A stretch of DNA of 64,000 nucleotides from positions 172,300,001 to 172,364,000 of the forward strand of contig NC_086097.1 in the NCBI RefSeq assembly GCF_963921235.1, in the 5' to 3' direction. The position numbers and the translations under genes were made by a program. Below the pieces are notes generated by a model. It was not told where the DNA came from and ran no database searches. It saw only the letters and a program-made list of their open reading frames with translations. The DNA is from Mobula hypostoma. Lineage: Eukaryota. This document shows, in pieces, positions 23,489 to 37,540 of the stretch (position 1 is the stretch's first letter; every line of letters starts with the position of its first letter).

Positions 23489-25950
23489 CTATCTACCTGT
23501 CGCCACTTTTAGGGAGTTTTGTATCTGTATTCCCAGATCCCTGTGTTCTACTGCACTCCTCAGTGCCTTACTATTTACCCTGTATGTTCTACCTTGGTTT
23601 GTCCTTCCAAAGTGCAATACCTCACACTTGTCTGTATTAAACTTCATCTGCCATTTTTCAGCCCATTTTTCCAGCTGGTCCAAATCCCTCTGAAAACCTT
23701 CCTCACCGTCCACTACACCTCCAATCTTTGTATCATCAGCAAATTTGCTGATCCAATTTACCACATTATCATCCAGATCATTGATATAGATGACAAATAA
23801 CAATGGACCCAGCACTGATCCCTGTGGCACACCTCTAGTCACAGGCCTCCACTCGGAGAAGCAATTCTCTACTACCACTCTTTGGCTCCTTCCATTGAGC
23901 CAATATCTAATCCAGTTTACCACCTCTCCATGTATACCGAGCGACTGAATTTTCCTAACTAACCTCTCATGTGGGATCTTGTCAAAGGCCTTACTGAAGT
24001 CCATGTAGACAACATCCACTGCCTTCCCTTCATCCACTTTCCTGGTAACCTCCTTGAAAAACTCCAATAGATCGGTCAAACATGACCTACCACGCACGAA
24101 GCTATGTTGACTCTCCCTAATAAGCCCTGTCTATCCAAATGTTTGTAGATTCTGTCTCTTAATACTCCCTCCAATAACTTACCTACTACCGACGTTAAAT
24201 TTACTGGCCTATAATTTCCCGGATTACTTTTCGATCCTTTTTTAAACAACGGAACAACATGAGCCACTCTTCAATCCTCCGGCACCTCACCTGTAGACAG
24301 CAACATTTTAAATATTTCTCCCAGGGCCCCCGCAATTTCAACTCTAGTCTCCTTCAAGGTCTGAGGGAACAGCCTGTCAGGTCCCAGGGATTTATCCACT
24401 TTAATTTTCCTCAAGACAGCAAGGACCTCCTCCTTTTCAATCTGTACAGTTTCCATGATCTCACTACTTGTTTCCCTTAATTCCATAGACTTCATGCCAG
24501 TTTCCTTAGTAAATACAGACGCAAAAAACCTATTTAAGATCTCCCCCATTTCCTTTGGTTCCGCACATAGCCGACCACTCTGATCTTCAAGAGGACCAAT
24601 TTTATCCCTTACAATCCTTTTGCTCTTAATATACCTGTAAAAGCTCTTTGGATTATCCTTCACTTTGACTGCCAAAGCAACCTCATGTCTTATTTTAGCC
24701 CTCCTGATTTCTTTCTTAAGTATTTTCTTGCACTTCTTATACTCCTCAAGCACCTTATTTACTCCCTGCTTCCTATACATGTCATACAACTCCCTCTTCT
24801 TCTTTATCAGAGTTGCAATATCCCTTGAGAACCAAGGTTCCTTATTCCTATTTGCTTTGCCTTTAATCCCGACAGGAACACACAAATTCTGCACTCTCAA
24901 AATTTCCCCTTTGAAGGCTTCCCACCTACCGATCACATCTTTGCCAGAGAACAACCTATCCCAATCCACGCTTTTGAGATCCTTTCTCATTTCTTCAGAT
25001 TTGGCCTTCTTCCAGTTCAGAACCTCAACCCTAGGACCAGATCTATCCTTGTCCATGATCAAGTTGAAACTAATGGTGTTATGATCACTGGAACCAAAGT
25101 GCTCCCCTACACAGACTTCTGTCACTTGTCCTAACTCGTTTCCTAACAGGAGATCCAATATTGCATCCCCTCTAGTTGGTACCTCTATATATTGATTTAG
25201 AAAACTTTCCTGAACACATTTTACAAACTCTAAACCATCTAGATCCCTAACAGTATGGGAGTCCCAATCAATATAAGGAAAATTAAAATCCCCTACCACC
25301 ACAACCTTATGTTTCCTGCAGTTGCCTGCTATCTCTCTGCAGATTTGCTCTTCCAAGTCTCGTTGACTATTGGGTGGTCTGTAATACAATCCCACTAATG
25401 TGGCCATACCTTTCCTGTTTCTCGGCTCCACCCATAAGGACTCAGTAGACAAGCCCTCTAATCTGTCCTGCCTGAGCACTGCTGTAATATTTTCCCTAAC
25501 AAGCAATGCTACTCCCCCACCTTTCATTCCTCTGCCTCGATCACATCTGAAACATCGGAACCCTGGAATCTTAAGCTGCCAGTCCTGCCCCTCCTGTAGC
25601 CAAGTTTCACTAATTGCTATAACGTCATAATTCCCCGTGTCAATCCATGCCCTCAACTCATCCGCCTTCCCCGCAATACTCCTAGCATTGAAATATATAC
25701 ACATCAGAAGATCTTTACCACCACTCACAACCTTTCTATTAGCGGATTTGCTTGAACTTTTAACATCATTTATTTTCACCCCAGCTACACTGTCAGCTCT
25801 GGCACTCTGGTTCCCATCCCCCTGCAAATCAAGTTTAAAGCCTCCCCAATAGCACGAACAAACCTCCCTGAAAGGATATTGGTCCTCCTGTAGTTCAAGT
25901 GTAACCTGTCTCTCTTGTACAGGTCCCACCTGCCCCAGAAGAGGTCCCAA
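23489..25950 (-). pseudogene. CR1 ORF2 AP endonuclease + reverse transcriptase (frameshifted)
   Basis: 559-aa open frame: YFNARSI, ISETWL, GGGVAL, YYRPPN, GDFN, SDHN; RT: DFSKAFDK, GVPQGSVLGPLLF, KFADDTK. Confidence 0.92.
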
Positions 25951-26330
25951 TGATCCTGAAATCGGAAACCCTGCCCCCTACACCAGTTCCTCAGCCACTT
26001 GTTCATTCTCCAGAGCATCCTATTCCTACCCTCACTGGCATGTAGCACAGGTAGCAATCCTGAGATTACCACCCTCGAGGTCCTGCTTTTCAACTTCCTA
26101 CCAAGCTCTCTATACTCACTCTCCAGGATCTCCTCACTCTTCCTTGCTATGTTATTGGTACCGATGTGCACCACGACATCTGGCTGGTCACCCTCCCACT
26201 TCAGAATGTCATGCAATCGATCAGAGACATCCTTGACCCTGCCACCCAAGAGGCAACAAACCATCCTGGATTCTCTGTCACGACCACAGAACCTCCTATC
26301 TGCACCTCTAACTATTGAATCCCCTATCAC
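25785..26330 (-). pseudogene. CR1 ORF1 SGNH/GDSL esterase domain
   Basis: IGDSIVRG (block I), VHIGTNNI (block III), DRLHLN (block V). Confidence 0.88.
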
Positions 26331-27044
26331 TACTGCTCTCCTCTTTTCCCCCCTCCCTTCTGCACTGCAGAGCCAGACTCAGTGCCAGAGATCCGGCTAC
26401 TGCAGCTTGTCCCAGGTAAGTCATCCCCCCCCCCCCAACAGTATCCAATGCAGTATACTTGTTGTTGAGGGGAATGGCCACAGGGGAACCCTGCTCTGCC
26501 TACCCTTTCCTCGCCTGACAGTGACCCAATTTCCCATCCTCTGCTCCTTTGGCGTAACTACCTCCCTGTAGCTACTGGTTCATCCAGTTCCAGCTCCAAC
26601 TCCTTAACATGGAGTGTTAGAAGCTGCAGCCAGATGCACTTCTGACTGGTGGAGATTGCCGTACCTTCCCATATCCCACAAGAGGAGCATTCATCTCTCC
26701 TGCCTGGTATCCATACTGCTCTAACTGCAATTATAAAGGAATTATAAAATAACTGAAAAAAATTCTACCTACAGCTTATCACCTTCTCTCCCTCAAACCT
26801 CTCCATAATGAAGCCTCAAAGAGCTGATGCTTCAAAATCCCTACTAATACTATCTACTCCAACGTCTGCTCCACTTTCCCCTGCCTTATTTTAATTTGCA
26901 CTTGCTAATGAATCCTAATCTCTGTTTCATTGCTGTTCAAACACTGTTATTCCCATGAAGTGCTGCATTTTAATGCACACTCACCCACCTGAGTGAATCA
27001 TTCCCTCTCTCTCGCGATATCTGATTCACAACTATTCAAAAAAA

Positions 27045-27915
27045 TGGATGTGGGGGTAGAAGGGCGGGTTGGCAAGTTTGCAGACGACACTAAGGTTGGT
27101 GGTGATGTAGATAGTGTAGAGGATTGTCAAAGATTGCAGAGAGACATTGATAGGATACAGAAGTGGGCTGAGAAGTGGCAGATGGAGTTCAACCCAGAGA
27201 AGTGTGAGGTGATACACTTTGGAAGGATAAACTCCAAGGCAGAGTACAAAGTAAATGGCAGGATACTTGGTTGTGTGGAGGAGCAGAGGGATCTGGGGGT
27301 ACATGTCCACAAATCCCTGAAAGTTGCCTCACAGGTAGATAGGGTAGATGACAAAGTTTATGGGGTATTAGCTTTCACAAGTGGAGGGATAGAGTTTAAG
27401 AGTCGCGATGTAATGATGCAGCTCTGTTAGGCCACACTTGGAGTACTGTGTCCAGTTCTGGTCACCTCACTATAGGAAGGATGTGGAAGCATTGGAAAGG
27501 GTACAGAAGAGATTTACCAGGATGCTGCCTGGTTTAGGGAGTATGGATTACGATCAGAGATTAAGGGAGCTAGGGCTTTACTTTTTGGAGAGGAGGAGGA
27601 TGAGAGGAGAGATGATAGAGGTGTACAAGATAATAAGAGGAATAGATAGAGTGGACAGCCAGCACCTCTTCCCCAGGGCACCACTGTTCGATACAAGCGG
27701 ACATGGCTTTAAGGTAAGGGGTGGGAAGTTCAAGGGGGATATTAGAGGAAGGTTTTTTACTCAGAGAGTGGTTGGTGCGTGGAATGCACAGCCTGAGTCA
27801 GTCGTGGAGGCAGATACACTAGTGAATGGAGGAATTTAAGGTGGGGGGTTATATGGGAGGCAGGGTTTGAGGGTTGGCACAACATTGTGGGCCGAAGGGC
27901 CTGTACTGTACTATG
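27045..27915 (+). mobile_element. CR1 3' fragment (RT C-terminus to tail)
   Basis: KFADDTKVGG..WQMEFNPEKC; EYCVQFWSPHYRKD..FFTQRVVGAWN; tail ctgtactgtactatgt. Confidence 0.9.
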
Positions 27916-27939
27916 TGAACAAAAAGTGTTTTTAAAATA

Positions 27940-28137
27940 TTTTAAAGATTGGTTTATTTATCACAGCAGTGCATCAAAACATACAGTGAAATGGATCATC
28001 TGCATGAATGACTAACAGCCAAATGTTGTGCTGGGAACAGCCACAAGTGTCACCATTTTCCAGCACCAGTATAATATGCCCACAACTTACTAACCTATAC
28101 ATCTTTGGAATGTGGGAGCAAACCAGATTACCTAGAG
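27940..28137 (-). mobile_element. SINE-like fragment with Rex1-type tail
   Basis: tctttggaatgtgggagcaaaccag resembles the SINE core at 53920-53950; tttatttatcaca tail. Confidence 0.5.
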
Positions 28138-28364
28138 CAGTGGTCCCCAACCACTGGGCCGAGGACTGGTACCGGGCCACAAAGCATGTGCTACCGGGCC
28201 ACGAGGAAATGATATGATTTGGCGATATGAGTCACCTGCACCTTTCCTCATTCCCTGTCACGCACTGTTGAACTTGAACACCCCCACCCAACAGGTCAGC
28301 CGGTCTACAAGAATATTTTCAATATTAAACCGGTCCATGGTGCCAAAAAGACTGGGGACCCCTG
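28138..28364. mobile_element. hAT (Charlie-type) MITE, 227 bp
   Basis: TIRs cagtggtccccaacc / gactggggacccctg; 8-bp TSD acctagag at 28130-28137 and 28365-28372. Confidence 0.92.
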
Positions 28365-28479
28365 ACCTAGAGAGAAAAAAGTCACTGGGAGAATTAAATC
28401 CTAATAACTGGTACTATGAAGTTTTACACTAGTTATTAAGCCAGTATGTTCTCTAAACAGGCAGCACACTGGATAATTT

Positions 28480-29350
28480 CAGAAACATAGAAAACCTACA
28501 GCACAATACAGGCCCTTCAGCCAACAATGCTGTGCCAAACATGTACTTACTTTAGAAATTACCTAGGGTTACCTATAGTCCTCTATTTTTCTACACTCCA
28601 TGTACTTTTCCAGGGAGTCTCTTAAAAGGCCCTATCGTACCCACCTCCACCAGCATCACTGGCAGCCTATTCCATGCACTCACCACGCTCTGTGTAAAAA
28701 AACTTACCCGACACCTTCTCTGTACCTACTTCCAAGCACCTTAAAACTGTGCCCCTCTTGTGTTAACCAGCCTCTGACCATCCACACAATCAATGCTTTT
28801 GTAATCTTATACACCTCTATCAGATCACCTCTCATCCTCTGCCACTCCAAAGGAGAAAAGGCCAAGTTCACTCAACCTATTCTCATAAGGCATGCTGCCC
28901 AATCCAGGCAACATCCTTGTAAATCTCCTCTGCACCCTTTCTAGTTTCCACATCCTTCCTGTAGTGATGTGACCCATACTAAGTACAGTACTCCAAGTGG
29001 GGTCTGAACAGGGTCCTATATAGCTGTAAATCTACTCTGCACATTGTGAGAAAAATATGAAAGCTCTAGACAATAGGGTAACCAGAAATGAACACAGTAT
29101 TTTAAGTATGGTCCAGCCATTGTTTTATAGAGGGGCAACATTGCCTTGCCCTGACAAATTGTCCATCCCCTGACAAATGAAGACCAGCACCTATTATGCC
29201 TTTTCAACCAACCAATCAACTGAAGGATATATGGATTTGTACCCCAAGACCCCTCTGTTCCTCCACACTAAAAATCCTGCTATTAGTCTTACATGCTGTT
29301 TTCAAATTAAGCCTTCCAAAGTGAATTATTTTTACACTTCCCCAGATTGA
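28480..29350 (-). mobile_element. CR1 3' fragments
   Basis: Tail gaaacatagaaaacctacagcac; LYKTMAGPYLKYCVHFWLPY; IHFGRLN. Confidence 0.75.
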
Positions 29351-29779
29351 ACTCCCTCTCAACACACACAAAATGCTGGACAAATTCAACAGACCAGGCG
29401 GCATTTATGCAAATGAGTACAGTCAACACTTTAGGCCAAAAGTCCTAATAAATTTTGCAGTCCTGATAAATTTTGTTTATCCACCTACTTTTCATAAATA
29501 TAGAAGACTTTAAGGGCTTTCCTTAATCCCACTCACCAAGGCCTTCTCATGTCTCTTTCAAGCTCACCTATGTCCTTCCTTAAAATCCATCCTAACTCCC
29601 TTACAAGTTTCATTTTTGCTCACTTCTTCCTCATAATCAAATGGAGCTGAGCTTCTTTTTATTGGCTACTGCTAATAGGCCAATCAACTATTAACTAACA
29701 ATTTCCAAATGTTTCTCTTTTAGGATCCTGTTAAATGAAGCATGCCAGCATGTCGTGAGAGCTGAGTTAATAGTAATGC

Positions 29780-32425
29780 TAAAAGGGTGGCTCGGTTTGG
29801 AGGGGATTTTACTCATCAATTGGGCGGGAAACCGGCATGGCGGTGGTGTGGAGAATGTTAAAGGAAATAAATGGTGTCAGGGGTTATGACCAGATTCCAG
29901 TATGAGTAGAGAATGGAAATTTGGCTGCAATGTACAAAGAAAAGGGAGAATGTCTGGGAAACACATTTACAAAGATACATACAATAGACAATTTAGGGAT
30001 GACTATATTAAGAGATGACAGCATAATTTGATGGACAATGGGAAGATTTGTGAGAAACAGGAGACATTTGAGAGCGTCATAGATGATGACTTTATGTTGG
30101 CTGAACTGACATTTGCTGTCAATAGTACAAGCTCTACAGCCCAGAACAGGATATGGTTAGCTACCGTATGTTCCAGCATCTGCCTGAGGCAGCTCTAAAG
30201 AAGCTGCTCAAGTTTTATAATAAGGTCTGGACGGGACTGGCACTGCCAAGTGGTGACAGGCCTATTGCTCCCACTTCTTCACTAAGTAAAATAATGGTGT
30301 TTGTTTTGGAGAAGAGAGTCACTACCAATAGGGATTCATAAGCATGATCCATGTATTACACCCTTGTACCACCGGGAAGTGATATTCAGCTTTTACAGTG
30401 GAAGAATCTGTAGTTGCAGTGTTTTTGGACATTAAAAAAGTTTATGATATGCTATGGAGGGAGGAGCTTTGACTAAACTCAGATTAAACAATTAGATATT
30501 AGATTTTTATTTGGGCAGTTGTTTAGAGTGAGGGGGGTGAAGAAGTGTCAGAGTCTGCAGCAGATAACAGGACCCTTCCCCATCCCACCGCGCCCCCCCC
30601 CCCCCACCCCGGGTAGTGTTGTTCATCCAATATTGCTTAATCTGATGATTAATTATATTTCAGATGGTGCCCGGCCTGGGTTTAGTTTGGGTTGATATGC
30701 TGACAATAGGGCTCCGTGGAAAAAGGGCCCTAATACCATTTATGTGCTAAGGTCAGTGCAAACATCATTATCAGCAGTGGAAGAATGGTCTTTAGACTGG
30801 TGTTTTAAACTTTCTGCTTCTAAGTCAAAATCTATGGTTTTTACTTGGAAACATAAAAAATGGATTATATTCACCTTACTCTGGATGTGCGTTCACTGTC
30901 TAGGATACCTGTGTTTAAATATTTGGGGCTATGGCTGAATGTAAGACTGACTTGGAGAACACCTATAACGCTTCTGAAAGATAAACGTACGCATTTTATT
31001 AACTTTATCTGCTGTGTGGCTGGGCATGATTGGGGAGCTTCGGATATATTATTTATGAGGAGGCAGTGCATTCATTTTTATATAGGTTAAATGTTCTACA
31101 GGTTAGTGCACTTAGAATCTGTAGTGAAGCATTCCAGACCACACATAGAGATGCATTGGGGGTTAAACAAAGCAAGATGCCCCTTGACCCGTGGAGAGAA
31201 CAACTGAGCCTTGCATACTTCCTTAGTAGGTTTGGGGGTGTCCCATTTGATGTATTCTGTTTTAAAGGATTATTGGGAATATACTAGCAGAGCTGGTAAA
31301 TGTTTTCACAGATAACTAGGGAATACATGAAGGAGTATGGTCTTGGGGATTTGCAGATTAGACCATCTGTGGCTTGTCCAGGAGTTCCACCATGGAAATT
31401 TCCAAATGTGGGAATAGATGTAGGATAGACAGGGTCTTGTGGGTGATGAGAATATGCCTGGTCTTTTACGGCAGTAGTAAATTTCCTTCTTTCCTACCTT
31501 TATAAGTGGTCTAAACACCCAGTTAGTAACTGATGGCCTCAGGGATATTGGTTTATTGCTGCAGAGGGAAAAGACTGACAGATGTGGTGTCTGTCTATAC
31601 AGCAGCATTTATGGCCATTATTATTAGTCTGCGATTGTTGAACAAGTTAAGCCAAACAGAGTCACGATCTGCTCACACTCTGCCTTGGTAATGCAGTGTT
31701 AGGAATTGAAGCATTCGAGGAGTACTGATCTGTTGATGGTACTGTATTATAAGATACATGCTCTGGAGAGTGAGGGAATTGTAGTACAGTTTTGTTGGGT
31801 ATCTGCACATGTGGGTGTATCAGGCAATGAAAGGCCAGATGATATTGCAAAAACAGACACTTACTAAGTCTGTGGTAGATATTATAGTTTATATGGGAAT
31901 GTATTGAGCCAGACCTTGTATTATGTTGGCTGGGATTAGGAAATGTCAGAAATTGTGGAATAGGAATGGGGCAGGGAGTTGGTATTGCAATTTCTTTCCG
32001 TCAGTCCAGGGGAGGTGCCTTTTGGGAAGCAATAGGAGGAAAGATGCGTGCTTGGTGAGACTGAGGTTTGGACATACACGTTTGCATTCCACTTTGGCAT
32101 TTGTTTGTAGGCATGGGAATGGGTAGTTTGATTACTGTAAGGTCCCAGAGACCGTGGAACGTGTGATCATGGTGTGCCACAGATTTTCGTTGGAACGTGA
32201 GAAGTCGTGTAGGCAATTATTGGATAGATCTGGGGTGTCTAGTTTGCAGGATAGTCTGGTACCTGAGGCAGGAATGGGTAGGGCCCTGGTGAACCTTTTA
32301 ATTAAAACAGGTTGGCGGGGGGGGATAGCATCTGATCCCGATCATGGCTCCCTCATCCTCCATTACAGTAGGTGGCAGTAATGCACCTTACTGATCAGTG
32401 CAAGTCACCATTAGCACAAGAGAAG
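29780..32425 (+). mobile_element. Degenerate I-group (Nimb-like) LINE with RT, RNase H and C-terminal zinc knuckle remnants
   Basis: RPIAPTSSLSKIM; VAVFLDIKKVYD; VEEWSLDWCFKLSASKS; FKYLGLWL..RLTW; WVSAHVGVSGNERPDDIAK (~31797-31853); RLRFGH...ETVERVIMVC; 3' end cagtaggtggcagtaatgcacc...agaag. Confidence 0.8.
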
Positions 32426-33059
32426 TCGTCCTGAGAACTATCTCATTTAATTTCTCTCACGGTCATTTTAAATGACATGACAGGCTTGAGGGGCCATGAG
32501 GACTACTACTGCTCAATTAGGTATGTAAATTTATGATAAATTGATAAATGGATTTATTATTGTCATACGTACTGAGGTACTGTGAAAATGTTGTCTTTCA
32601 TACTATTGTTACAGATCAGTTAATTACTACAGTGCATTGAGGTAGTACAGGGAAAACAATAACTATGTGCAGAATAAAGTGTATCATTACAGAGAGATTA
32701 GGAAGTGCAGGGTCACAACACTGTGAGATCAAGAGTCCATCATCTTGTACCAGGGACTATTCAACTGTCTTATAACTTGTTATGTCTTTGTAACTTTGTA
32801 GTCTTATTAATATTCAATTGTCTCATAATCTTATGAGGGTCATAGACAAGGTTTTACACAATATTTTAGTAACAACTTCGCCCCCCTCTGACATCAGGTT
32901 TCTGAACTATCCGTGAACACTACCTTGCTATTTTTTTCTTTTGCACTATTTAATTATTTCATATTGCAACTTATAATAATTTTTTATGTCCTGCACAGTA
33001 CTGCTGCCACAAAACAACAAACTTCATGACAAGTCAGTAATAATGACTGTGATAGTCAG

Positions 33060-35750
33060 TCATTGAGTATTACAACATCGAAACAGGTCCTTTGTCCAAA
33101 CTTGTCAATACTAATACTGGCCATCTACGTCCATTATCTATTTGGCCCACATCCCTCTAAATCTTTCCCATCTAGGTACCTGTCCAAATGTGCTTTAAAT
33201 GTTGAGAATGTACATGACCGACCACTTCCTCCAGAAGTTCATTCAGTATACACACCACTCTCTGTACGAATAAGTTGTCTCACATATCCCTTTTAAATCT
33301 TCTGACTCCCTTTCCCTGGTAAACAAAAATGACTGTGTGCATTCACTCTACCTATTCAAATATTCAAAGTACATTTTATTATCAAAGAATGTATAAGTTA
33401 TACAACCTTGAGATTTGTCTGCTGACAGGCAGCCACAAAAGAAGAAACCTAAAAGAACAAAATTTTAAAAAAGACCAACTCCCAATGCACAGAGAAAGAA
33501 AACAAAAACACAAATCATGTAAACAATGGAAGCGAGCCACAGCATTTCGAACCAAATTGAGTCCTTCGATGGATCTCCAGAGCAGCCCGGAGTAGGCCGA
33601 AAGCCTTGGTAACAATTTATTATATTTGCAGGGAAAATTACTACAAAGTTCACAGACACAAAGCACAGCAACCAGGGGTAGTCTCAAAGCCTTATCTCCA
33701 TGAAGAGAAAAGTGAACACCAAAGGAGAGCATGCAAAATCAGCCCGATTGTCTCCTCAGATCCCAGCACTCTGCCTTTCTAGTCTATCTGGACCGGCGTT
33801 TAAATTGTCCAGACAGCAGATCATACCACATGTTTAGGACCCGGGCCTCAGCACAACAAAATGCACTGGGCCTAGACCACACCACCCAGCGATTCACTCT
33901 GCCGTCCAGGCCAAAGCCATTCTTGACCTCTCCAAATCGGCTCGGTGCTTAGAGTGATCCAACCTCGTACCTGGGTTAGTTGGACAGGCATTGAAACTTC
34001 TCTGCCTCGATTTCTCTTCTCCTAATCACTCAGTCCATCTGCGTCGATTTTGCAAAACACTAGTGCAGCTCATCTCTCGAACTTGCTTCACCTTCACTCA
34101 TCTCTACACTGTGTGCGGTGATAATTTACTTCAGAAAAAGTGTTATTAGTTATGTTTTTAGTCAAATTTCTTGCCTTTCGAACTGCCAGTAAGCTGTTAC
34201 ATGCCTTCAGTAACACCATGTTAAACCAGATAATGCTCCTTATGATTTTATGCACCTCCATAAGGTCACTCCTCTGTCTCCTTTACTCCAAGGGATAAGA
34301 TCCTAGTAGAACATAAAATAGTACATCACAGGAACAGGCTCATCAGCCCATGGTGTGGTGCTAAACTAATTAAGCTAGTAATTAAACATCTAACAAAACC
34401 ATTCCCTTCTGGCTACACAGTGCTCCTATCTCTCCATTCTCCTGTATCTCCATTCTGTGCCTATCGAAGAGCCTTTAAAACACCTCCATCATATTTTGCT
34501 CCAGTTTTACGCCCAGGAACCTACCACTCTTGGTGTAAGAAAGTGCTTCCCGCATCAGCTCTCACCGAGCATTTGCTCCGGTATTAAACAGTTTGATCCC
34601 GTGTAATTATGATGTCTGTCTATCCTGTCTGGCTTCTCTTAATCTTCTAAGCTTCTGTCAGGTTTTCCCTCAGACTCTGCAACTTCAGAGAAAACAATCT
34701 AAGTTTGTCTAAGTTCTCCTTGTAGCACATGCCCTCTAATACAGGCAAAACCCTGGTAAACCTCTTCTGTATCCTCTCCAAAGCCTTCACATCTTTCCTG
34801 TAATGAACCGAAGGACAGGATTACTCAATTACTGAATTCACCAGAGCTGAATTTCTCTATACACAGAGCGCCTGAACAGAACTTTATAAAGCTGCAACAT
34901 AACTTCCTGACTCCTGAACACAATGCCATATGCCTTTTCTTTTGCTGTCATATCAACCTGTGCAGTCACTTTCAGGGAATTATGAACTTGGAGCCAAGAT
35001 CCTTCTGTACATCAACTCTTTTAAGGGTCTTGCCACAAATTTCCAAAGTGCAACACTTCACATTTTGGCTGGATTAAACTCTATCTGCCTTTTCTCAGCC
35101 CATATCTGCAACTGATCTATATCTCACTGTATCTTTTGGAAATTTTCTACACTATCCACCAAGCCGCCAATCCAAGAATTTACTAATCCACCCAGCTACA
35201 TCTTGATCCAAGGTGTAAACATTTCACAGACAACAGAGGTCCCACTTCAGATTCCTGTGGAAGTCATGGACCTCCAGACAGAATATGTCCTGTTGGCCTC
35301 TATACTCTTGTTTTGGTAAACTAGTTCTGAATCCATAACCATCAGGTCACTTTAACCTGTTCAACCTTTCCCTATAACTCAGACCTTTGAGTCTTGGCAA
35401 CATTCTCATCTTGGACTCTTTCCAGCATTGAGATTTCTTATACATAACAGGGTGGCCAGTCTTTCTCCCCAAGGTGGAAGTGTCAAAAACTAGAGGACTT
35501 GCCTTTGAAGTAAGGGCGCAAAGTTTTTGGGAGTTTTAGAAGCAAACTCATTAATGAGTACATGTAAAATGCACTGCCAGGCTAAGTGGCAGAATCAGAT
35601 AAAACAGCAATGCTCAAGAGGCATTTAGACAGGTGGGCAATGTGGGGATAGAGACTATGTGCAAGCAGATGGGATTAGTTTAGATTACCACCATTGTTGA
35701 CATAGAGATGCTGGGCCAAAGGGGCTGTTCCTGTGCTGTACTCTGTCATG
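33060..35750. mobile_element. Cluster of old CR1 3' fragments
   Basis: Repeated CR1 3' UTR and C-terminal motifs (aaacaggcc.tt..gccca; ggtaaacctcttctg; gggctgttcctgtgctgtac). Confidence 0.6.
33354..34230 (-). mobile_element. Putative non-autonomous retroelement with Rex1-like tail, inserted in CR1
   Basis: Tail attcaaagtacattttattatcaaag matches the Rex1 tails at 11715 and 55340; non-coding body; CR1 sequence cactctaccta / tgctccttatgattttat resumes on the far side. Confidence 0.5.
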
Positions 35751-36451
35751 TGTTCTTATTTTGTAATAGGTGGAAATATTAGAAAAGTGAAAGTATGTAA
35801 GATCTGCATGAGTTAGGTGCCATCAGTAGAAATTCTCATCACTTGTGGAGTCAGTGCTCTGGACTAAATATTGGTAGCTAAGATTAGGCTGAGTAACTCC
35901 AACAGGGACTCACTGCCTTCTCCTCACCTTTCAATTTCTCAATGTTTCCATGATCCAAAGGACCATATTTTCTCAAGAAAGCAGCACACTAACATCTCCT
36001 TGAGACGAGGGGATGGGCATTAAATTCTGGTCTTGCCTGTGATGCCCATATACAGTGCTTATAAAAAGTATCAGCCCCCTTGGAAGGTTTCATGTTTTAT
36101 TGCTTTACAACATTGAGTCACAGTAGATTTAATTTGGCTTTTTTTCATGCTGATCAACAGAAAAAAGACACTTCTGTGTCAAAGTGAAACAGATCCGTAC
36201 AAAGTGATCTAAATTAATTACAAATATAAAACACAAAATAATTGATTGTATAAGTAATTCCCACCCACCCACCTTTAACATGACACACCAAGTCATCACT
36301 GGTGCAGCCAATTGGTTTTCGGAGTCGCATAATTAACTAAATGGCGATCACCTGTGTGTGGTCAAAGTGATTCCATTGATTGTAGTAAAAATATACCTGT
36401 ACCTGGAAGGTCCAACTGCTGGTGAGTCAGTATCCTGGCCAAAACTATACC

Positions 36452-37436
36452 ATGAAGATAAAAGAACACTCCAAGCAACTCACAAAAAGGTTATTGAAAA
36501 GCACAAGTCAGGAGATGGATACAAGAAAATTGAATATTCACTGAATATTCCCTTGGAGTAGAGTTAGGTCAATCATTGACTATGGCACAGCTGTAAATCT
36601 GCCTAGAGCAGACTGTCCTCAGAAATTAAGTGACTGGTGAGGGAGGCCACCAAGAGACCTATGATAACTCTGGAGAAATTACAAGCTTCAGCAGCTAAAA
36701 TGGGAGAGACTGTGCATACAACAACTACTGCCCGGGTGCTTCACCAGTCGCAGCTTTATAAGAGAATGGCAAAGAGAAAGCCACTGTTGGAAAAAAAACT
36801 CACGTGAAATCTTGGCTAGAGATTATCAGAACAATTGTGGGAGACTCTGAAGTCAGCTGGAAGAAGATTCTATGGTCTGATGAAACCAAAATTGAGCTTT
36901 TTTGCCATCAAACTAAATGGTATATTTGGCTTATGCCAAATACTGCACATCATCAAAAACAGACCATCGCTACTGTGAAGCATGATGGTGGCTGCATCAG
37001 GCTGTGGGGATGCTTCACTGCAGCAGGCCCTGGAAGGCTTGTGAAGGTAGAGGGTAAAATAAATGCAGCAAACTAGGGGAAATCCTGGAGGACAACCTAA
37101 TACAGTCTGCAAGAGAACTGCGACTTGGGAGAAGATTAATTTTCCAGCAAGACAATACCCCAAGCATAAAGCTAAGCCTACACAGGAATGGCTTAAAAAC
37201 AACAAAGTTAATGTCCTAGAGTGGCCAAAGTCAGAGTCCAGACCTCAACTCAAATGAGAATTTGTGGCTGGACTTGAAAAGGGCTGTTCATTCACAATCC
37301 CTGTGCAATCAGACAGAGCTGGAGCAGTTTTGTAAAGAAGAATCGGGAAAAATTGCAGTGTCCAGATGTGAAAAGCTGATAAGAGACCAATCCACACAGA
37401 CTCAAGGCTGTAATTGTGGCCTCTACGAAATACTGA
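36452..37436 (+). pseudogene. Tc1 DDE transposase, disrupted
   Basis: Paired-like HTH N-terminus, WSDETK, FQQDN, WP.QSPDLN..ENLW spread over several frames. Confidence 0.88.
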
Positions 37437-37540
37437 CTTGAAGGGGTTGAATACTTATGCAGTCAATTATTTTGTGTTCCATATTTGTAATGAATTTAGA
37501 TCACTTTGTAGAGCTTTGTTTTCACTTTGACATGAAAGAG

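Larger units (their letters stand above)
22052..26690 (-). mobile_element. Near full-length, relatively young CR1 LINE interrupted by a solo LTR
   Basis: Collinear ORF1 esterase, endonuclease, RT and C-terminal ORFs; microsatellite-like tail (accatagaa)2 on the plus strand at ~22051. Confidence 0.93.

Noticed and set aside
25785..26330. SGNH esterase as a captured host gene or novel enzyme system
   Set aside because: Esterase domains are an established part of CR1 ORF1; it is collinear with ORF2 here and repeated at 20232-20846 and ~45930-46390
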